From: Candidatus Hydrogenedentota bacterium
Lineage (GTDB): Bacteria; Hydrogenedentota; Hydrogenedentia; Hydrogenedentales; SLHB01
Length of the DNA stretch: 64,000 nt
Assembly (NCBI GenBank): GCA_963674865.2
Contig: CAXXYE010000008.1
Span: forward strand, 64,001-128,000
Reading direction: 5' to 3'
Both the position numbers and the translations under genes were made by a program. Shown in pieces: positions 37,054 to 48,737 of the stretch (positions within the stretch are counted from its first letter, which is position 1; every line of letters begins with the position of its first letter). Below the pieces are notes generated by a model. It saw only the letters and a list, made by a program, of their open reading frames with translations, did no database searches and had not been told where the DNA came from.

Positions 37054-38571
37054 GTGATTTACCGCCCGCCCGCAAACCGCCGAATGTGGGATACGTGGAT
37101 GTTGGAGGAGGCTGGTCGATATCACCTCTTCACGCTCACTGTGCCCGAGGGGCTGAACCACTGGGACCGCGTTTGCCACGCGGTCTCGACCGATCTTCTC
37201 ACGTGGGAAGACTGGGACGACATTGTCCTTGAAGACGTCAGAGATCCCACGGCCTGGGATGCCGGCGTGATACTCACGGGCAGTGTCTGTCGATGCGCCG
37301 ACGGCTTCACGATGACTTACGGCGCGATCCGGCGCGATGAGGATAGGGAGAAGAAGGGAGTTCAACGGATCGGCCTGCTTTTCTCCAAAGACCTGCGCGT
37401 CTGGGAGAAATGCCCCGGAAATCCCGTGCTTGTGCCAAAAGGCCCCCACTACGAGGAGACGCCTGGTGAGACAGCCGAGTCAACTATTCCCTGGCGCGAC
37501 GCCTACCTCGTGCCGAGTGAAGATGGATTCGAGGCGTTCATCTGTGCCGGCGACCCGAGCAAGACCAGGGGTGTCAACGGCTGTGTCGCACGAGCGGTGT
37601 CCCGCGATTTGATCGATTGGGAACTCATGCCCCCTATAGCCTCGCCTGAGCGATATGTGGACATGGAGGTACCGCAGTACTTCGAGTGGAACGGCTACCA
37701 CTACATCCTCTTCAGCACGGCCGGCGGGCGGGTGAACACGGCGTCCCGCATCGCAACAGGCGGCACTTACTACCTCGTGTCGCGAAGCAAGTATGGCGAA
37801 TACCAAGCCCCCGATGACAACATGCTCATCGGCTCCGGCGATCATCGATTCGACTGCTACGTAGGCAAAGCGCTTTTCGCCGACGCCGAAGGCCCTCTCC
37901 TGTACCACCACATCTGCGGTAATCGACCAGCCTTCGCCGCGCCCAAGGTCCTTTGCCAAGACGTGGATGGCCGCCTATCGGTGGCGCGCTGGCACGGCCT
38001 CGACGCCCTGCTGGGCGATGGAGTCATCAACGCTGCGTCTCCCGGCGCCGTCGCTCCGGCCGCGACGGGCATCCCTATAGGCTCCTGGGAATCGTCCGGC
38101 GAACGCCTGGTGGGCGACGCGGGGCCCGCCATCTCGGCATGGACCTTTGCCAAACCGTTTACCGACGGCGCCGTTCAGGCGCATTGTGATCTCAGCAACG
38201 CCGTGCGCGGCGGCGTGCTGTTTCGGCTCAGCCCCGTCGATCCAAGCGCCCCAGCACGTCGCCTCAGAGGGCTGGGGGTCTGCCTCGACAGAGCGCGCGG
38301 CGTGATCCAGCTCTGTGAGGTCCGCGTCGGCGGGCGCCCCTCGGTTCAGTTGAAGCCCCTGGACACCGTCCATGTGGACCCGGGCGCCCAGACGGACGTC
38401 GAAGTGTTTTTGCGGGCCGAATACATTGAGGTCTATTGTGGAGGAAAGCCCTACTTCGTACTCGGCACAACGGACTACCCCGTCGAGGGGCAGGCGGGAT
38501 GCTTCGTCGACCGCGGCCGCATCGTGGCCGAGAATCTCAGCGTCCGTAGCATGCCGCCGTTGCCGCAGTGA
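37054..38571 (+). CDS. Glycoside hydrolase family 32-like protein (5-bladed propeller plus beta-sandwich)
   Basis: MWDTW (nucleophile), HAVSTDL..W, TGSV, WRDA, EVP catalytic triad motifs; GTG start after GGAGG. Confidence 0.82.
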   Translation: MIYRPPANRRMWDTWMLEEAGRYHLFTLTVPEGLNHWDRVCHAVSTDLLTWEDWDDIVLEDVRDPTAWDAGVILTGSVCRCADGFTMTYGAIRRDEDREKKGVQRIGLLFSKDLRVWEKCPGNPVLVPKGPHYEETPGETAESTIPWRDAYLVPSEDGFEAFICAGDPSKTRGVNGCVARAVSRDLIDWELMPPIASPERYVDMEVPQYFEWNGYHYILFSTAGGRVNTASRIATGGTYYLVSRSKYGEYQAPDDNMLIGSGDHRFDCYVGKALFADAEGPLLYHHICGNRPAFAAPKVLCQDVDGRLSVARWHGLDALLGDGVINAASPGAVAPAATGIPIGSWESSGERLVGDAGPAISAWTFAKPFTDGAVQAHCDLSNAVRGGVLFRLSPVDPSAPARRLRGLGVCLDRARGVIQLCEVRVGGRPSVQLKPLDTVHVDPGAQTDVEVFLRAEYIEVYCGGKPYFVLGTTDYPVEGQAGCFVDRGRIVAENLSVRSMPPLPQ

Positions 38572-38586
38572 ACGTGAGGCCCGCGC

Positions 38587-38988
38587 TTACCCGGCGCTTC
38601 TTTTCCGCCCTCGGCTCGGATGTGCGAAGAGTCTGACGATGCGTTCCTTCAAGTATCGCCCCACGTAGGAGTTGAGCGTCCCGTCCGGGTAGAGAGCCTG
38701 GTTTGCGATGAGCGCATCGAAGTTCCGTTCGGTTTTCGGACTTGCGTTCGGGATGCGGCCCAAGAGCGCCGCGCGGTCATACCGCGCGTTCTCCCAGAGC
38801 CAAGACCACAGATCCCCTTCGGAACGCCCCTGCCTGAGTGTGAGCCGCTTCGCGCGCGTGACCTCGGTCTGCATCCATGCGAGTGCAATTCGCACAAGTT
38901 CGGATTGGCCGGCCATGACCAGTACGGTTTCTGGCCGTTCACTTTCCTTGAAGTCGGAAAGGCACTTGTCCCATGTGCTTCGTGTCAT
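38587..38988 (-). CDS. Hypothetical protein
   Basis: 133-aa ORF with AAGGA RBS, co-oriented with the upstream remnant. Confidence 0.6.
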   Translation of the reverse strand: MTRSTWDKCLSDFKESERPETVLVMAGQSELVRIALAWMQTEVTRAKRLTLRQGRSEGDLWSWLWENARYDRAALLGRIPNASPKTERNFDALIANQALYPDGTLNSYVGRYLKERIVRLFAHPSRGRKRSAG

Positions 38989-39033
38989 CTGTCGTTCCTT
39001 CCCCGTTCCCCTGTTGACTCGGATGCACCGCGC

Positions 39034-39410
39034 CTACAGGATGCAATTGCAGCGGCCCAGTCGCCAGCGCTCGTGAATGCGCCGCCAGACTTCCGGTTCT
39101 TCAAGACACAGCGCCACTTCGAGGTCCGGCCGTACACTGCGCGCTGCGTCAATCATGAGGTCGTAGGCGCCGATGCGCATTGCGGGCGAATACCGAAGCC
39201 GGCCGTCATTCTCGGCCAAGCTCTCGACGAGGTGCCGTGAGATGGCGTTGTCCGATCCCAGGCGCCGCTCCATCAGGCGCAGGGAATTCGTGTAGCTACA
39301 GATCCCGCCCAGCGTGAGCCGCTCGAGAGGGACGCGCATCGCCAATTCTCCAACGAAGGAGGCGTACTGCGCCTCCCAATCGGCCACCGGGATGATGGGC
39401 ATGATTACCG
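39034..39410 (-). pseudogene. C-terminal remnant of a spore photoproduct lyase-like radical SAM protein
   Basis: IMPIIP...W...Y, LTLG, DGRLRY, LCLEEPEVW and CNC resemble SplB-family C-termini; no CxxxCxxC-bearing N-terminal half upstream. Confidence 0.55.
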
Positions 39411-39776
39411 CGCACTGCCTCGTCATTCCTGCGCGGGTTGTCCACCCGCGGCCGCAGTTTGCCCACGGGTATTTGCTCAACCTTGAGTCGGCGCGAAGCT
39501 AAGATGCCCTCCGTTGTTCAAGCGTCCGCCCACCGTCAGGGGCTCGGGCCGCCGCTCACTTCATTCCGCTGTGGTGCCTGATACTTCTTCCACCTATAGA
39601 GATCCGTCCGTTGCACTCTTCTTGCTCTAATATCTTTAGACGTAGCAGGTTGCGTCGGCGAAGGCGGCCGAACAAACGCAAGATCCATCTCGGTCTAGTT
39701 ATGTAGTATAGGGTTTCCTTTCCGTCCGGCGAGAATGGGTGCTAATAACCTTCTGGACTCGCACGCGAAAAAGTGC

Positions 39777-39805
39777 TTGACACCGGGCCATCCGTGTGCT
39801 AAACT
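39777..39805 (+). promoter_or_regulatory. sigma70 promoter of the str operon
   Basis: TTGACA, 17-nt spacer, TG-extended TAAACT, with an A-tract upstream. Confidence 0.75.
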
Positions 39806-39871
39806 CCCTCGCCGTTGCCTTGAGGGGGAAGTCTGTGCCTCAAGGCGCTGATTTTGCCTTAGGAGAGAGTG

Positions 39872-40297
39872 TTGCCAACGATTAATCAACTCGTAAGGAA
39901 GTGTCGCAAGAAACGCGTCACGAAAACGAAGTCGCCGGCCCTCAAGGGGTGCCCGCAGGCATCGGGAACGTGCACACGTGTCTTCACACTGACGCCAAAG
40001 AAACCGAACTCGGCATTGCGCAAGGTCGCCCGCGTTAGGCTTAAGAACGGGATGGAGGTTACGGCCTATATCCCGGGCATCGGCCATAACCTGCAGGAGC
40101 ACTCCCAAGTCATGATCCGTGGGGGGCGCGTCAAAGACCTGCCCGGCGTACGCTATCACTTGATTCGTGGCGTCCTCGATGCCACCGGTGACATGGGCGG
40201 AAGCGCGAGCCTTCAGGACGATGGCGGTCGCAAAGTGCATCAGGGACGTTGGGTGAGCCGTTCCAAGTACGGCGTTAAGAAGCCGAAGAAGGGCTAA
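39872..40297 (+). CDS. rpsL: 30S ribosomal protein S12 (with insertion near the C-terminus)
   Basis: [35 protein letters not shown] start after AGGAG. Confidence 0.97.
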   Translation: MPTINQLVRKCRKKRVTKTKSPALKGCPQASGTCTRVFTLTPKKPNSALRKVARVRLKNGMEVTAYIPGIGHNLQEHSQVMIRGGRVKDLPGVRYHLIRGVLDATGDMGGSASLQDDGGRKVHQGRWVSRSKYGVKKPKKG

Positions 40298-40314
40298 CGG
40301 GAGCGCACCGCGAA

Positions 40315-40788
40315 ATGGCAAGACGACGAGAAATACCGAAGCGCGAGCCGCTGCCCGATCCCAAGTTCAAGAGTATCATTCTGGCGAAGTTCATCAACAC
40401 CGTGATGGTGTGCGGGAAGAAGAGCCTGGCCGAGGCCATCGTTTATGGGGCGCTTGAGCATATTCGGGCCAAGCAGCCTAACCAGGACCCCCTCGAAGTG
40501 TTCAATACGGCCATTGATAATGCCAAGCCCGTGTTGCAGGTCAAGTCGCGGCGAGTCGGCGGCGCCACCTATCAGGTGCCCATCGAGGTATCTGCGCCCG
40601 TCCGCCTTGCCCTCGCCTTCCGGTGGATTATCGAGTTCTCCCGGAAGCGCGGCGAGAAGACGATGGTCGAGCGCTTGGCTGCGGAATTGCTCGATTGCTA
40701 CAACAACCAAGGCAGCACGATTAAGCGAAGAGAAGATACGCACCGGATGGCCGAGGCCAACAAGGCCTTTGCCCATTTCCGTTACTAG
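40315..40788 (+). CDS. rpsG: 30S ribosomal protein S7
   Basis: [24 protein letters not shown]. Confidence 0.97.
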   Translation: MARRREIPKREPLPDPKFKSIILAKFINTVMVCGKKSLAEAIVYGALEHIRAKQPNQDPLEVFNTAIDNAKPVLQVKSRRVGGATYQVPIEVSAPVRLALAFRWIIEFSRKRGEKTMVERLAAELLDCYNNQGSTIKRREDTHRMAEANKAFAHFRY

Positions 40789-40792
40789 GCGG

Positions 40793-41077
40793 GGCTCGGT
40801 TTTCTCGAGCCTTCTCAATTTGCTTTTGGAACCCACGGGTTGTGCGTCGTGCCGGGCGGCACGACGACCCCGGATAGAAAGTTGAATCCGTACGAGTGTG
40901 GGACCTGAGGGTGCCTTGCGGCGTATCCGCGCCGCGAGACGCAGTGAGCCCTCCAACTAGGTCGAGAACTTCAAGCGGATAGGGCAATGCTTACGAAAGC
41001 GACACATACAGGAGAGGCCAGAGAGGCGGACGACACAGCGCGTCCGTCGGCGCTCTCCCTGTAAGTCGCTGAGAAGG
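40793..41077 (+). ncRNA. Candidate structured cis-regulatory RNA in the rpsG-fusA spacer
   Basis: At least five nested helices visible by eye, plus CCTTCTC/GAGAAGG pairing over the fusA RBS. Confidence 0.4.
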
Positions 41078-41086
41078 ATTTCCCCC

Positions 41087-43183
41087 GTGGCACAACGCTA
41101 CACGCTTGAAAAGACCCGTAACATCGGCATCATGGCCCACATCGACGCCGGCAAGACCACCGTCACCGAGCGCGTCTTGTACTATTCCGGTCGAGTGCAC
41201 CGCGTGGGCGAAGTCCACGACGGGACCGCCACCATGGATTACATGGTGCAGGAACGGGAACGCGGCATAACGATTACCTCCGCTGCGACAGCCTGCGAAT
41301 GGCAAGGCTATCGCATCAATATTATCGATACGCCCGGTCACGTTGATTTCACCGCGGAAGTCGAGCGCAGTCTTCGCGTTCTCGACGGTGCGGTGGCGGT
41401 ATTTTGTGGCGTGGCCGGAGTCCAGCCGCAATCCGAGACCGTCTGGCACCAAGCCGAGCGCTATCGCGTACCCCGGATCGCTTTCATTAACAAGATGGAC
41501 CGAATCGGGGCCGATTTCGCCCGGGCAGTTCAGAGCATGCGGGACCGGCTGGGCGTGGCGGTTGCCCCCGTCCAGGTGCCGGTAGGCGCCGAGGACAATT
41601 TCACCGGCGTTATCGATGTGGTTCGCCGCCGAATGATCCGCTGGGAGGGTGAAGGCCTTGATATCGAACAAGTGCTGTCGCCTGTACCAGAGGAATTGCG
41701 CGGGATGTTCGACGAGGCGCGTCACGACCTCTTGGAGGCCCTGGCCGAAGTGGACGAAGCGATCATGGAGAAATACGTCCACGAGGAAGAGGTGTCCGAG
41801 CCGGAACTCATGGCCGCGTTGCGCAAGGCTACACTGTCCGGGGCGATTTGCCCTGTACTGTGCGGCTCCGCCCTCAAGAATAAGGGAACCCGTTTGCTCC
41901 TGGACGCGGTGATTGACTTCCTCCCGTCGCCCATCGATGTGGCTGGGGTCGTAGGTACCGACCCGAGGCACGGCGACCGGGAAGTGAGCAGGGCGCCTGA
42001 TGATTCCGAACCGTTCGCCGCACTGGCCTTCAAGATCCTGACCGATCCGCACGTAGGCCGATTGGTATTCGTGCGTGTCTACTCGGGAGTCGTGAAGGCC
42101 GGCGATTCGGTGCTCAACGTGCGAACGATGAAGCGTGAACGGCTCGGCCGACTGCTTGAGATGCATGCCGACGAACGAACGGACCTCAAGGAGTTGCGTG
42201 CCGGAGACATCGGTGCCGTGATCGGGGCGAAGCAGACCACGACCGGAGACACCCTCTGCGACGCCAAACACCCTGTCTTGCTGGAATCGCTGACGTTCCC
42301 CGAACCGGTTGTCTACATCGCCATCGAGCCCAAGACCAAAGCCGATCAGGACAAGCTGTCCGAGGCGTTGCAGAAGCTCAGCGAAGAAGACCCGACCTTC
42401 CGGGTCAAGGTTGACGCCGAGACGGGCCAGACGATCATCTCAGGGATGGGCGAACTTCATCTCGAGGTCATCATCGACCGGATGCGCCGCGAGTTCGGCG
42501 TTCACGCGAACGTCGGCAAGCCCGTGGTCGCCTATCGGGAGACCATTCGCGAGCGTTGCGAAGCTGAGGCCCGTTTTGTCCGGCAGACCGGCGGGCGTGG
42601 CCAGTATGCGCACGTTGTTCTGGCTCTCGAGCCCGGCGAGCCCGGTTCGCATTTCTCCTTCGAGAATGCGAGTACCGGCGGAGTCGTGCCGAAAGAGTTT
42701 TGGTCATCCATTGAGCGCGGCGCGCGGGAAGCCATCGAGAGCGGCATCGTAACGGGTTATCCCATGGTGGACATTCGCGTTACGCTGCTGGACGGCTCCT
42801 TCCACGAGGTGGATTCCTCGGAGTTGGCTTTCCAGATGGCCGGTGCGATGGCCGCGCGCGAAGCAGCCCCGAAGGGGCATCCCAGGATGCTGGAGCCGGT
42901 GATGCGTGTCGAGGTTGTATGCCCTGACGAATACACCGGCGAGGTTATGAACGATTTTAGCGGTCGTCGGGGTCGCCTCGAAGGGATAGAGCAGGTGGCC
43001 GCCGTCCGCAAGATTTATGCGGTCGTGCCGCTGAGCGAGATGTTTGGCTACGCGAGCGACCTGCGTAGCAAGACGCAGGGACGGGCATCGTACAACATGG
43101 AGTTCTGGCACTACGAAGAGGTCCCGGCCAATATTGCGAACCAGATCATGGAACGCACGGGTAGTTCGTATAGATTCGAGTGA
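41087..43183 (+). CDS. fusA: Elongation factor G
   Basis: [43 protein letters not shown]. Confidence 0.97.
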   Translation: MAQRYTLEKTRNIGIMAHIDAGKTTVTERVLYYSGRVHRVGEVHDGTATMDYMVQERERGITITSAATACEWQGYRINIIDTPGHVDFTAEVERSLRVLDGAVAVFCGVAGVQPQSETVWHQAERYRVPRIAFINKMDRIGADFARAVQSMRDRLGVAVAPVQVPVGAEDNFTGVIDVVRRRMIRWEGEGLDIEQVLSPVPEELRGMFDEARHDLLEALAEVDEAIMEKYVHEEEVSEPELMAALRKATLSGAICPVLCGSALKNKGTRLLLDAVIDFLPSPIDVAGVVGTDPRHGDREVSRAPDDSEPFAALAFKILTDPHVGRLVFVRVYSGVVKAGDSVLNVRTMKRERLGRLLEMHADERTDLKELRAGDIGAVIGAKQTTTGDTLCDAKHPVLLESLTFPEPVVYIAIEPKTKADQDKLSEALQKLSEEDPTFRVKVDAETGQTIISGMGELHLEVIIDRMRREFGVHANVGKPVVAYRETIRERCEAEARFVRQTGGRGQYAHVVLALEPGEPGSHFSFENASTGGVVPKEFWSSIERGAREAIESGIVTGYPMVDIRVTLLDGSFHEVDSSELAFQMAGAMAAREAAPKGHPRMLEPVMRVEVVCPDEYTGEVMNDFSGRRGRLEGIEQVAAVRKIYAVVPLSEMFGYASDLRSKTQGRASYNMEFWHYEEVPANIANQIMERTGSSYRFE

Positions 43184-43260
43184 AATGGTGCTACGGCGCA
43201 AGAGGTAGAACGCGGGCGCATCGGTATTGAGCCGCCGGCGTGGATGCAAGGAGACAGGCG

Positions 43261-44454
<1,194 letters not shown>

Positions 44455-44488
44455 GGTCGGAGTGTAGCGAGGATTTTGGAGAAACCCG

Positions 44489-44797
44489 ATGGGCGAGAAT
44501 AAGATACGCATCAAGCTTAGGGCCTATGATCACCGGCTGCTGGACCAGTCCACGCAGGAGATCTGCACCGCTGCCCGTCGCACGGGTGCCGCAATTAACG
44601 GCCCTGTGCCGCTGCCTACGGGAATCTCGAAGTACACGGTGAACCGCTCGCCGCACATCGATAAGAAGTCGCGCGAGCAGTTTGAGACCCGCACACACAA
44701 GCGATTACTGGATATCGTCAATCCGACGGCGCAGACTGTCGACGCGCTTATGCGCCTCGATCTGCCCGCGGGAGTCGATGTCGAGATTAAACAGTGA
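44489..44797 (+). CDS. rpsJ: 30S ribosomal protein S10
   Basis: [24 protein letters not shown]. Confidence 0.97.
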   Translation: MGENKIRIKLRAYDHRLLDQSTQEICTAARRTGAAINGPVPLPTGISKYTVNRSPHIDKKSREQFETRTHKRLLDIVNPTAQTVDALMRLDLPAGVDVEIKQ

Positions 44798-44868
44798 ACG
44801 GAGCGGCCCGCGCCAGGGGCGGAGGCCGGACCGTTTCATACGTAACGAGTTGCTCAGGAACTGAGATT

Positions 44869-45519
44869 ATGGTTAACGGACTGCTGGGTAAAAAGTTGGG
44901 AATGACCCGCGTGTTCACCGGAGACGGCCGCTGGATCGACGTGACCGTGCTCGAAGCAGGGCCTTGCACCGTCATTCAACGAAAGACCGAGGCCAAGGAT
45001 GGCTATGAGGCGGTTCAGGTTGGATTTGGCGACTTGCAGGAACGCCTCTGCAAGAAGCCACAACAGGGCCATTTTGCCCGTGCCGGTGTTCCCCCGAAAC
45101 GGATGCTGCGCGAGTTCCGCGTTGAGACGGGCAGCGAGTTGAAGCCGGGCGATGAGATAAGCGCCGATATCTTCAGCGTGGGCGACCGCGTCGACATCTC
45201 TGGCGTATCGAAAGGCAAGGGCTTTGCCGGCGTACAGAAGCGCCATGGCTTCGGAGGCGGCCCGGGAGGACACGGCTCCAATTTCCACCGTGCACCAGGC
45301 TCGGTCGGCCAGAGCGCGGATCCGTCGCGTGTTTTCAAGAATAAGCGTATGCCGGGCCGCATGGGCGGCGTGCGCGTGACGACAGAGAATCTCGAGGTAG
45401 TGAACGTGGATCCCACCAAGAACCTCCTTGTGGTTCGTGGCTCGGTCCCGGGTGCGAACGGCGGCGTGATCGTCGTTCGGAGATCGGGCCACGCCACGCT
45501 GAAAGGAGCCAAGAAATAG
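44869..45519 (+). CDS. rplC: 50S ribosomal protein L3
   Basis: GKKLGMT, DGYEAVQ, SKGKGFAG, HRAPGS. Confidence 0.97.
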   Translation: MVNGLLGKKLGMTRVFTGDGRWIDVTVLEAGPCTVIQRKTEAKDGYEAVQVGFGDLQERLCKKPQQGHFARAGVPPKRMLREFRVETGSELKPGDEISADIFSVGDRVDISGVSKGKGFAGVQKRHGFGGGPGGHGSNFHRAPGSVGQSADPSRVFKNKRMPGRMGGVRVTTENLEVVNVDPTKNLLVVRGSVPGANGGVIVVRRSGHATLKGAKK

Positions 45520-45521
45520 CG

Positions 45522-46175
45522 ATGTCTTCCGTTAAGCTACTGAAAAGCGACGGTACGCAGGCGGGCTCCGTCGAGCTATCCGACAAGGTCTTCGATGCGC
45601 CGCAGAATGCGGGCCTCGTACACGAAGTGGCCGTGGCGCTTCAAAATGCTCGCCGTCAAGGTAACGCCGAAACGAAGACCCGCAGCGAAGTCCGTGGCGG
45701 CGGCCGGAAGCCCTTCCGGCAGAAAGGTACCGGCCGTGCCCGGCAAGGCAGCTCACGAGAGCCGCAGATGCGCGGCGGCGGTGCCGTCTTCGGCCCGCAC
45801 AAGCGCAGCTACCGCCAGAAGGTGACACCGGCATTGCGCCGCAGGGCGCTTTGCTGTGTCTTGAGCGCGCGGCGGCGTGGCGACGCGCTGTGCGTCCTGG
45901 AGAACCTCGCGTGCCCTGAGCCCCGAACGAAGCCGTTCCGGACGTTGGTAGATGCCGTATCCCCTGATGGCAAGTCGACGCTCTTCGTGACGGCCAATGC
46001 GGACAGGAATGTCCTTCTGTCGTCCCGGAACCTCCCCAGGATTTCAGTGACCACCGCGAGTGATTTGAATGCGCTGGACGTGCTCAATGCGGGGCGCGTG
46101 ATTCTCGTGCACGACGCGGTTTCGGCGCTGGAAGCGCGCCTGACTCCGGCGGCGCGGCAGGAGGCCGATTCATGA
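45522..46175 (+). CDS. rplD: 50S ribosomal protein L4
   Basis: RQG...TKTRSEVRGGGRKPFRQKGTGRAR. Confidence 0.97.
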   Translation: MSSVKLLKSDGTQAGSVELSDKVFDAPQNAGLVHEVAVALQNARRQGNAETKTRSEVRGGGRKPFRQKGTGRARQGSSREPQMRGGGAVFGPHKRSYRQKVTPALRRRALCCVLSARRRGDALCVLENLACPEPRTKPFRTLVDAVSPDGKSTLFVTANADRNVLLSSRNLPRISVTTASDLNALDVLNAGRVILVHDAVSALEARLTPAARQEADS

Positions 46176-46462
46176 AGAACGACCCCATGTACATTATCAA
46201 GGCGCCGGTAATTACCGAAGAGTCCACGCTGCAAACGCAGACGCGCAACAAGTATGCGTTTAAGGTGGACCCGCGAGCCAACAAGCGGCAGATACGCGAC
46301 GCGGTTGAGAAGCTGTTCAATGTTAAGGTGCTCGCGGTCAATACGATGAACTACACCGGCAAGCTGGCGGGCCGTCGAGGCAGGGCCATTCCCGGCCGCC
46401 GGGCCGCCTGGAAAAAGGCTGTAGTTACCCTGCAGCAGGGCGACTCGATCGATTTGATCTAG
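46172..46462 (+). CDS. rplW: 50S ribosomal protein L23
   Basis: [23 protein letters not shown]. Confidence 0.96.
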   Translation: MKNDPMYIIKAPVITEESTLQTQTRNKYAFKVDPRANKRQIRDAVEKLFNVKVLAVNTMNYTGKLAGRRGRAIPGRRAAWKKAVVTLQQGDSIDLI

Positions 46463-46475
46463 GGAGTCGAAGGCA

Positions 46476-47303
46476 ATGGCGACAAAGAAATACAAGCCCA
46501 CAACCCCCGGGCAGCGGTTTAAGAGCGTGGCGGATTTTTCCGGCTTGACCGAGAAGCGGCCGGAAAAGGCTCTCACCAAAGGCAATCCGAAGAACGCCGG
46601 ACGTAACAATCAGGGCCGTATCACCATGCGCCGCCGTGGCGGCGGGCACAAGCGGCTCTACCGCGACATTGATTTCCGCCGCGACAAGGACGGCGTGCCG
46701 GGCCGCGTGACGAGCATCGAGTACGACCCAAACCGCTCTGCGCGTATTGCGTTGCTTGTCTATGCTGATGGCGAGAAACGTTATATTCTCGCACCGAACG
46801 GCCTCACCGTGGGTATGACCCTGGTGAGCGGCCCAACGGCCGATTTCCAGGTAGGCAACACACTGCCCCTCGAACGCATTCCGTTGGGCACTACGGTGCA
46901 CAATGTTGAGCTTGTGCCTGGGAAGGGCGGCCAACTCGCCCGCTCGGCCGGGAATGCCTGCCAGCTTCTGGCCAAAGAAGGCCGCTTTGCCGCACTGCGC
47001 CTGCCCTCGGGAGAGATGCGGCGGGTCTTGGTGACGTGCCGGGCCACCGTCGGCCAGGTAGGTAATGAAGACCACGTGAATATCAGTTTGGGCAAAGCCG
47101 GGCGCTCGCGTTGGCTGGGCAAACGCCCCAAAGTCCGCGGCGTCGTTATGAACCCCGTGGACCATCCCCACGGGGGCGGAGAAGGTCGGACATCCGGTGG
47201 CCGGCATCCCGTTACGCCATGGGGCGTACCTACCAAAGGGTACAGGACCCGGAAGAAGAACCACCGGACGAACCAATATATCATCCGCCGGCGGAAGGCT
47301 TAG
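46476..47303 (+). CDS. rplB: 50S ribosomal protein L2
   Basis: [21 protein letters not shown]. Confidence 0.98.
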   Translation: MATKKYKPTTPGQRFKSVADFSGLTEKRPEKALTKGNPKNAGRNNQGRITMRRRGGGHKRLYRDIDFRRDKDGVPGRVTSIEYDPNRSARIALLVYADGEKRYILAPNGLTVGMTLVSGPTADFQVGNTLPLERIPLGTTVHNVELVPGKGGQLARSAGNACQLLAKEGRFAALRLPSGEMRRVLVTCRATVGQVGNEDHVNISLGKAGRSRWLGKRPKVRGVVMNPVDHPHGGGEGRTSGGRHPVTPWGVPTKGYRTRKKNHRTNQYIIRRRKA

Positions 47304-47358
47304 GCGTTCCGGCGTCGGCGTGGAAACGGCAATTAGACGGATTTAGGAGACAGCAACT

Positions 47359-47628
47359 GTGGCACGGTCAGTGAAGAAGGGCCCGTTTGTTGACGAGCAT
47401 TTGCTGGAGAAAGTCGACCGCCAGCGGCGAAGCGGCGATCACCGCGTCATCCGCACATGGTCCCGCCGGTCCACGGTGGTGCCTGAAATGGTGGGCTTGA
47501 CGTTGGCAGTGCACAACGGCCAGAAGTTCTTGCCCGTGTTTGTCACGGAGAACATGGTGGGCCACAAGCTGGGCGAGTTCGCGCCAACCCGGACGTTCCG
47601 GGCGCACGCGGGCTCCAGAGCGCGCTAG
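47359..47628 (+). CDS. rpsS: 30S ribosomal protein S19
   Basis: [24 protein letters not shown]. Confidence 0.97.
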   Translation: MARSVKKGPFVDEHLLEKVDRQRRSGDHRVIRTWSRRSTVVPEMVGLTLAVHNGQKFLPVFVTENMVGHKLGEFAPTRTFRAHAGSRAR

Positions 47629-47658
47629 GCCGCGCTGGATTTTCGGGAGGTTTACGGC

Positions 47659-48009
47659 ATGGCGTCTGCGGTAGCACGAGTCCGATTCTTGCGAATCGCG
47701 CCGAGAAAGGTCCGTCTTGTGGCGGATCTGATCCGCGGCAAGAAAGTGGCGGACGCACGTGACACCCTTGCGATAACGACTAAAGTGGCGGCCAAGGCCA
47801 TGGGTAAGGTGCTCGCGTCGGCGGTGGCGAACGCCGAAAGCGTTGCGACTGAGCACCGTGAGCGCGTCGATACGGACGAGATGGTTGTCCGCATGGTTCG
47901 CGTGGACGGCGGCCCGACACGTCGGGCGTACCAGGTAGCCGCCCGAGGCCGCGTAGTTCGGATTCGCAAGCGTACGAGTCACATTGAACTCCGAATTAGC
48001 GACGAGTAG
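47659..48009 (+). CDS. rplV: 50S ribosomal protein L22
   Basis: PRKVRLVADLIRG, KRTSHI. Confidence 0.96.
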   Translation: MASAVARVRFLRIAPRKVRLVADLIRGKKVADARDTLAITTKVAAKAMGKVLASAVANAESVATEHRERVDTDEMVVRMVRVDGGPTRRAYQVAARGRVVRIRKRTSHIELRISDE

Positions 48010-48021
48010 AGGAGAATACAG

Positions 48022-48723
48022 GTGGGTCAAAAGGTTCATCCTATCGGGTTTCGCGTAGGCGTGATTCGTAGCTGGAGTTCACTCTGGTACGCCAACCGCA
48101 ACTACGCCGAACTCCTCCACGAAGACCTGAAGCTGCGCGACTATGTGAAGCGGCGCCTGTATCATACTGGTGTCGCCAAGGTGGATATTGAGCGGGCCGG
48201 GCGCAAGGCGAAGGTGCACATCTACACGGCCCGTCCCGGTCTCGTAATCGGCCAGCGCGGGTCCGAGGTCGACAAGCTCCGTTACGAGCTTGAGCAGTTG
48301 ACCGGGCGCGAGCTTCTGATCAACATCCACGAAGTCATCAGCCCTGAGTTGAGCGCTCAGTTGGTCGCCGAGAATATTGCGGGCCAGTTGCAGCGCCGGA
48401 TCTCCTTCCGCCGCGCCATGAAGAAGGCTGTGCAGAGCACGATGCGCCTCGGCGCGCGCGGCATCCGTATCCGTGTAGCAGGTCGGCTTAATGGGGCCGA
48501 GATTGCCCGCGCCGAGCAGGCGCGTGAGGGCAGCGTCCCTCTTCACACATTACGAGCTAACGTCGATTACGGTTTCGCCGTCAGCCACACCACGTATGGA
48601 TGCATTGGCGTGAAGTGTTGGCTCTATCTTGGCGACGTAATGGCCGGCGAAGTGGCCCAGGGACCCGGTGCCGAAGAGGGAACCTTGGGTCGGCGTGAGC
48701 GGGCCGGCCGACGCGGCCGATAA
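48022..48723 (+). CDS. rpsC: 30S ribosomal protein S3
   Basis: [36 protein letters not shown]. Confidence 0.97.
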   Translation: MGQKVHPIGFRVGVIRSWSSLWYANRNYAELLHEDLKLRDYVKRRLYHTGVAKVDIERAGRKAKVHIYTARPGLVIGQRGSEVDKLRYELEQLTGRELLINIHEVISPELSAQLVAENIAGQLQRRISFRRAMKKAVQSTMRLGARGIRIRVAGRLNGAEIARAEQAREGSVPLHTLRANVDYGFAVSHTTYGCIGVKCWLYLGDVMAGEVAQGPGAEEGTLGRRERAGRRGR

Positions 48724-48737
48724 TTGGAGTAAGAGCC

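Noticed and set aside
22318..39651. Loose 8-N7-8 IHF-like dyads at 22318, 28114 and 39629 resembling the flank of the 39-bp element
   Set aside because: Too degenerate to support by eye; would need a genome-wide motif test.
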